From assembly GCA_951406725.2 (NCBI GenBank), contig OX597820.1, positions 25,544,001 to 25,608,000 on the forward strand: a stretch of 64,000 bases of DNA, given 5' to 3'. Positions within the stretch are counted from its first letter, which is position 1; each line of letters begins with the position of its first letter. A program made the translations under genes and the position numbers. A model generated the notes under the pieces. The model saw only the letters and a program-made list of their open reading frames with translations. It was not told where the DNA came from and ran no database searches. The stretch is from Octopus vulgaris (lineage: Eukaryota). Positions 56,780 to 64,000 of the stretch are shown here, in pieces.

Positions 56780-57100
56780 TTACTTATTTCAGTTGTTGGA
56801 CTGTGGCCATGCTGGGGTCCTACTTTAAAGGATTTAGTCAATCAACCCTATAACTTAATTTTTTAAGCCTGGTATTTATTCTATCAATATCTTTCGCCAA
56901 ACCGCTAAGTTAGGGGACATAAACACATCAACACTGGTTATCAAACAGTGGGGACTTATTTCAGTTTCCAACTGCCAAATTTACTCACAAGCTTTTGGGG
57001 CTATAGGAGAAGACACTTGCCCGAGGTGCCACACTCTCAGATTGAACCTAAAGCTACATGATTAGAAACCAAACTTCTTAACCTCACAGCCATGCCTGTG
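56780..57100 (-). mobile_element. SINE family B, diverged, just after the exon donor
   Basis: Homologous to family B. Confidence 0.7.
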
Positions 57101-58245
57101 CTTTGTTTCTTATCAATTCTGCAGGATTAATTTTAAAAAAAGATAAGATATTGAATGATGTATATCAGATTTGTGTAACAGGAGCAGTGAATAGGTGGTA
57201 ACTGTGAAAGTTGTCAAGATCTGATACAAAGGGAAAAATTTACAGACCTATCCAACCCTTACCAATCAAATTAGATGAATAATGATATAATGAAAATTAA
57301 TTTCATTTCTATTTTTACTTCAAATTCTCTCATCTACTATTTTAATAACATCGTTTCTCATTGAATCATAGCCATAGAATGCAAAAATGGGGTAAAAAAA
57401 GAAAAAAAGCTAGGCAAACCTTCATATCTTTGTCATTTTATATATATTTATAATTCTTATCTTTTCACCCAATTCTTTTGCCTGTCAGGCAAAACTGTTC
57501 TTTTAATCAAGAAGCAAAATGAATGCCACAATGTTATATCAATTATGAAACTTCATTCATCAAGTTTGGTTTTGAATGAGAGAGAGGGAGAGAGAGTGTT
57601 GGGGAGAGAAGATGTGGGGGAGAGGAACACCTGAAAGATGTATGAAATATAAGTAGAATTATAAGCATTCATTATTCAATGAAGAAGTGAAGAAGGGTGG
57701 AGGAGAAAATCAATAAAAATTTAGTTTGTTATTTTGATAGTGCATGCTTCATGAATACATGTTCATATACAGAGTTATATATTTTTGTGTCTATTCATGT
57801 TTTGCATGAGAATATGCATACATATAAAGTCATGCATTTACACATATATATATATTTATATATACATACATACACACAGACTCACATACATGTATATGAT
57901 ACACACACACACACACACACATACATGTATATAATACACACACATATTGAGATACCTGGTCCCTTGTTGTACTCAAGAAGACCCATACACTGCAGCAGAA
58001 GTGTTGAAGTGTTAAGACTGGGCCTTCTGGTGGTGTTAAGCACTTGCAGCAGTGCCATGTAAACATACCCATGCAGTGCCACAAAAAAGCACCCACCACA
58101 CTCTGTAAAGTGGTTGGCATTAGGAAGGGCATCCAGCCATAGAAACCATACCAAATCAGATTGGACTCTGGTGCAGCAACTACCCCCACAAGCTTGCTAG
58201 CTCTGGTCAAACCATGAAAACTATGCCAGTGTGGACAATGGACAA

Positions 58246-58478
58246 AGGCGGTGAGCTGGCAGAAACGTTAGCACGCCAGGCGAAATGCTTAGCAGTATTT
58301 CATCTGCCACTACATTTTGAGTTCAAATTCCGCCAAAGTTGACTTTGCCTTTCATCCTTTCGGGCTCAATTAAATAATTACCAGTTATGCACTGGGTCGA
58401 TATAATCGACTTAATCTGTGTGTCTGTCCTTGTTTGTCCCCTCTGTGTGTAGACCCTTGTGGGCAGTAAAGAAATAAG
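58246..58478 (+). mobile_element. SINE family A nested in a family D repeat
   Basis: Matches 46245-46475; near-TSD tggacaatgga/tggataatgga. Confidence 0.88.
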
Positions 58479-58793
58479 TATGGATAATGGATGTTAAATG
58501 ATGATGATATATATCTCACTATTGACCAGACTATCAGATGTTGTAAAAGACTGCTGGTCACAGTGCAGTTCCTCACATTGTTTTAGTTTCCAAATGATTC
58601 CACCCTCCTGGCTAAGTGGGATGGCCAACAGTCCATTGCAGAGCAGGGTTAGCTATTTACAGCTGAGAAGATTTCAACATGAAATGAAATGTTTTGCTGA
58701 AGGACACAACACACCACCTGCTTGAGAATTGAAACCTTGATGCCATGATCATGAGTACATCACCCTTACCACTAGGCCATGTGTCATCACACA

Positions 58794-58864
<71 letters not shown>

Positions 58865-58991
58865 TAATACATAATGTGTGTGTGAAGGCCCATGGTTCAG
58901 TAGTTAGAGAGTGTCAGGCTCACAATTATGAGGTAATGAGTTCCATTCCTGGATTGGGCTATATATGTATATACATACATACATATATATG

Positions 58992-59043
<52 letters not shown>

Positions 59044-59046
<3 letters not shown>

Positions 59047-59136
59047 AGAATTTGCAAAAAAGCAGAAGACGAAGACAGGTGGTGTAGACAACAAACAGAT
59101 GTATTATTTTAGCACTCAGGTAGTGAAAAAGTCTTT
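59044..59136 (-). mobile_element. Truncated copy of the 45752-45909 element in (TA)n
   Basis: Reverse complement of 45813-45908. Confidence 0.8.
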
Positions 59137-59822
59137 ATATATACATATATATACATATGATATAGTTGCAGATATAGCTGTGTCATTAAGACGTAGCAGT
59201 CCACTTAACAACATGGTTTCAAGTTCAACCTCACTATACAGCATCTTGGAAATGTGTCTTCCATTATAGCCTCAAGTGTTGGTCAGTAGGAAAGATGAGG
59301 AGGCCCAGAATGTGTGTCTGCAATGTTTCTGCCTGCTATACCCACTCACAAGGCACTAGTCAGCTTGTAGCTACAGTATTGGACTTTTGCACAAGAAGCC
59401 ATGCAATGGGACTGAACCAGAAACCATGTGGTGCCAAGGCTGAAAATTTCTTTTTTACAAAAATCAAATAAAATTAACTTCTAATGAAGTTATTTGTCAA
59501 TGTAGCATTGTAGTATTCCAAAACAAAACAAAAAGTACATATCTACACTGTTCCATCTTTTTCAATCACTGGTTGTGTTGCATTGATATGGAGAAGAACA
59601 GATGGGAGGGATTTCATTTAATTAGCTAAAATGGGATTGCTATCACATGGAGAAATTAATTTGTTGGAGGTAAAAAAATAGAACCGATAATTTTATTTAT
59701 AACATAGCATTTGTCATTCTATAAAGTTATAAAGTATATAAACATGCATATGTACATACATACATACATACATACTTATACTCATATTTTGAGTTTTATT
59801 TTTTCCTGTTTACATCGTCATA

Positions 59823-59862
<40 letters not shown>

Positions 59863-59878
59863 GTGTGTGTGTATGTAC

Positions 59879-59910
<32 letters not shown>

Positions 59911-59916
59911 GTATAG

Positions 59917-60279
59917 TGGAAGTGCAATGACCCAGTGGTTAGGGCAGCAAACTTGCAGTCGCAGGATCACGGTTTCAATTCCCAGACTGGGTGTTGTGAT
60001 TGTTTATTGAATGAAAACACCTAAAGTTCCATGAGGCTCCAACAGTACTCTTTCACCACAGCTTTCTCTTTCTCTTTCTTCCTGTTTCTGTTGTACCTGT
60101 ATTTTAAAGGGGGTCAGCCTTGTCACACTCTGTGTCACTCTGAATCTCCCCGAGAACTATGTTAAGGGTACACGTGTCTGTGGAGTGCTCAGCCACTTGC
60201 ACGTTAATTTCACAAGCAGGGTGTTCCATTGATCAGATCAACTGGAACCCTTGTCGTCATTACCAACGGACTGCCACGA
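59917..60279 (+). mobile_element. tRNA-derived SINE (family E)
   Basis: tRNA-like head tgacccagtggttagggcag...ggtttcaattccc; flanked by TA/TG microsatellite. Confidence 0.65.
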
Positions 60280-60494
60280 GATGTATGTATGTATATATTC
60301 ACATTTTAATATATATATGTGTGCATGTGTATATCTATAAATGAATATATGTATAAATGTATATATTCTACAGAGTACTCTCTTGTTTTCTTGTTCATAC
60401 AATTCTTTGTCGTACAGCATACATACATATATGCATACTCTCATACATGCATACACATACATGCATGCATATGTGCACACACTCATACGCTGAC

Positions 60495-60514
60495 ATATAT
60501 ATATATATATATAT

Positions 60515-60568
<54 letters not shown>

Positions 60569-60624
60569 CCATATATATATGCATGCATATATATATAAAT
60601 ATATATATATATGCATACATATAT

Positions 60625-60667
<43 letters not shown>

Positions 60668-60742
60668 TGCATGCATATATATATAAATATATATATATAT
60701 GCATACATATATATATATAGATAGATAGATAGATAGATAGAT

Positions 60743-60803
<61 letters not shown>

Positions 60804-60865
60804 TAGATAGATAGATAGAGATAGATAGATAGATATAGATATATGTATAGATAGATAGATAGATC
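60495..60865. repeat. (GATA)n/(TA)n compound satellite
   Basis: Three similar TA-GATA-tgcatgcat blocks. Confidence 0.95.
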
Positions 60866-62562
60866 GACAGACAGACAGGTAGAAGGAAAATGTACATGAA
60901 AAGATAAGTGTGCATGTGTGTTTGAGAGAGAAAGAAAATGGTGGAGAGAATGAGAGAGAAATGGCAAGAACAACATTGATGGAAGTAAATTGGTATGGCT
61001 GCAGATTCCTGAACAAAGACAATATTTAATCACAACTCAAAGCTGCAGATTATTAGCCTTTCGTTGTCCTCATCATCATCTTACATCAGTTTTTCCAAGT
61101 TTGCATGTCCTGGACAGGTGTCTCAGCACTTGCCATAGCCCCTAATCATCTCCCTCATGAATTACAATTCAGCCTCTTGAAATCAGCCTTCCTCCATTTA
61201 TTCCCCTATCTTCCTCTTCCTTCCTCTTCTGCAGGCTCTTTCTACTTGGATCTCTTGGCACTCCTTCACCCAACTATCATCCTCCTTTCACACATCAAAA
61301 CAATCTACTCTCTTGCACATTACATCTAATTCCTCTTATTCCAAGTTTTTCTCTCAGTTCATTTGCACCCCATCAATATGATTGGATTGGATTGGATTGG
61401 ATTGTTTCTGTTCATTATACTTCAAGACGAAGGCCTTGGTACATTCTCTCCACCAACCATGGTCTGGTGTGGGGATCATAAATTTGAGCTTGAGATCAAA
61501 CTGGTTTGATGAACCTACTCTGTCACACTGGCTCAATATGGCTTGGCTGAGGGATGCAGTTTTTCTCTCTTTTTTTTTATACTCTTACTCAGTAGTCAAT
61601 TGCATTGACACCAGTATTCAACTGGTACTTGTTTTATCAAAAGAATGAAAGGCAAAGTCAATGGAATTTGAACTCAGAACATAAGGACAGGCAAAATACC
61701 ACCAAGCATTTCACCCAACATGTTAATGATTCTGCCGGCTCACTGCCTTGCCTCATCAATTATGTACACTAAAACTACATATTCAGCAAAGCATGTTTGC
61801 TTCATTTCTCTCCAGCCATCTCAATCCTCCACATTCAACATCCATATTTTGTGATTCTCTGTTAAAGGTGTATGTTGTGTTTTGAACAAAACTTTTCATT
61901 TCGCATTGCTCAAGTTCACTCAGCTAGAAATGAGTTCCATAGCTAGGGAGTCAACCCTACAATGTTCAGGGGGATGGCTGTGGTCCCAGTCAATTATATG
62001 CCATGGAATCTGGATTAAGTTCTGACCAGATGAATCCTAGGGTTCGTGGCAGACCTGTGATAATAAAACAGTTAATCAGGACTGATCTGAGCTTAAACAA
62101 TAATCTGGAGGGTAAGGTGGTCTTATTGATTATCAATCTATTCAAGTGACTCTATAAAAAGCTGTTGCCTTTCTCAATAATATCAGAAAGGAGTGCTTTC
62201 AACTATTCCCAGTAACTCTTTTTTCTCTTGCTGGTCCCTTTTGTACAGCAACAACAACAACTTTGTAGAGGTCATGCTAATGAGGTAGTCCCATGTGGTA
62301 GCTTGCCTTGCTTGGAATAGTAGTTAAATTCTCTTTACACTGCTTTCTTCATGAAGGACACATTGAATATAATGTAGTGCTCGAAACACTTTGAAAATGT
62401 AACAAAATAAGAGATAGGATCATTATGACTATGATGTCTATTTGATCAGGACTGACCTGGGGTTAAACAACTACAACAACATGAACCTATTTAGGATCAA
62501 GGATAGATTCATGGTACCTACATAAATCCATTCAAGTAACACAGTAAGGGCTGATGCCTTCC

Positions 62563-62793
62563 TTAACCCTTTTGTTACCAACCCGGCTGAAACTGGCTCT
62601 GGCTCTGTAGTACAAATGTCTTGTTTTCATTAAGTTTTGAATTAAAATCTTCCACCAAACCTTAGTCACAATTTATGTTCCTAACACTAGCTGAATGATA
62701 ACTAAGTTATTTTACTAAATTCTTTGTTATATTTATAATTAATGGAAAGAAACACAGAGCATCTCAAAATAAATACAGTAACGAAAGGGTTAA
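62563..62793. mobile_element. piggyBac-like MITE with TTAA TSD
   Basis: TTAA-cccttttgttac ... gtaacgaaaggg-TTAA. Confidence 0.88.
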
Positions 62794-63599
62794 TGATGTC
62801 ATAAAGAAATAGCTTCAACTATTCCCAACAGCTCACTCTCTCCATTGTCATTGCTTACATAACACAGCAACAACAGCTGTTTTCTGAACCCTTTACTGCA
62901 ACATTCTGTATTTTTTGCTGCACAGTATCAGTGCATAATTCGAAGCAAGGTGGGTGGGTGGGGTTGGAATATTTGTCATCTTTGTGCTTCACATCTGATT
63001 CAGAAGTTGTCTTTCAATCCAAGCAACACAAAACAAAACCATCTACAGGAATAGACCACCTATTTCCAGTGAACCATGTCCACAGCTGTTGATAGAATTT
63101 ATAATAATCACTACTGCACATATAACGATTCCAGTTCTGTTATTAGTGTTTTAACCCTTTCACAGTTTCCGCTGTTTTTTGGTAGCACTGCGTAATGGGT
63201 GGCTAAACATTTATATATATTTTAAGCATAGCCACGGCTTTATGTGCTTGCTCTTACATACAAGTTCATAGTTGCTAATGATACTATGTAATGCATACTA
63301 GCTAGTTCTCTCAAGTTCAGTTACATTTCATAATATACTGTTAGTAATACATTATGTAGTACATACTCACCATCTCTTTCAAGTCCAAACTGCTAAAATA
63401 CATACAAATATTGTAGGTATTACATTATGCAATAACTGCAGGCATTGTATAGCCAAATGGCTTACGACTTTGCTTCACAACCAGAAGGTTTGGGGTTTGA
63501 TTCCATAATGTGACACTTTGGACAAATATCATTTTATATAGCTTTGGGTAAACCCGTTATGAGTAAAATTTCATATACATGTATCATACAATCTTCCTT

Positions 63600-63965
63600 T
63601 CATTCAGAGAGAGACCTTTGCTTGCCAACAGAAGTAAAAGCTCTCTAAATTTTCACCATCCTATTCTTATTCTAGCAATTCTAGGGATGTTCTGTGCATC
63701 CTCCCCCACAGCTAGTTAAGTTCCCTAGGTAACAGAAATTATCCAATACCTCTAAAGAGCCTCTGGAGCATTTGAGAAAATCAGTTTCTAAATGTCTGTA
63801 TTTTTTTTTATAGTTTCTGTGCATCTTCAACAAACAAACACTACCTTCTCTGATAACCCAATTATTCCACTGAATCACTGTGTCCGTAGCTTGCAATGCG
63901 TACACCTTATGGAATTCCTGCCTACACCTTTCCTACATATCGAGCAGAGCTATTTACTTGATGTG
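63600..63965 (-). mobile_element. Old RTE-clade fragment
   Basis: LKCSRGSLEVLDNFCYLGNLTSCGGGC; parallels 55400-55780. Confidence 0.75.
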
Positions 63966-64000
63966 GGGTGGGGAAGAAATTTGCTTCCCAACTACATGGT

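Overview
Repeat-saturated eukaryotic intronic DNA. The SINE families and (TA)n/(CAT)n load look like an octopod cephalopod; that is an inference from repeat style, not a database result. The only host coding sequence found is three phase-compatible + strand exons (17536-17678, 22893-22989, 56580-56732) of an ankyrin-repeat DHHC palmitoyltransferase (Patsas-like, related to ZDHHC13/17), separated by 5.2 kb and 33.6 kb introns. The rest is microsatellite plus decayed mobile elements: CR1-type, RTE and restriction-like-endonuclease LINE fragments, mariner and MULE remnants, MITEs and many tRNA-derived SINEs. The most notable signal is a set of about five unrelated short non-coding insertions, each carrying a minimal type-I hammerhead-ribozyme fold, most with a palindromic stem III as in Penelope-like elements. 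They include two non-canonical cores: a G3-C8 swap and a recurrent CUGUNGA+A core. Several sit in inverted repeats or between target-site duplications, and one copy starts at the predicted cleavage site. Nearly all long ORFs in the track are microsatellite artefacts.
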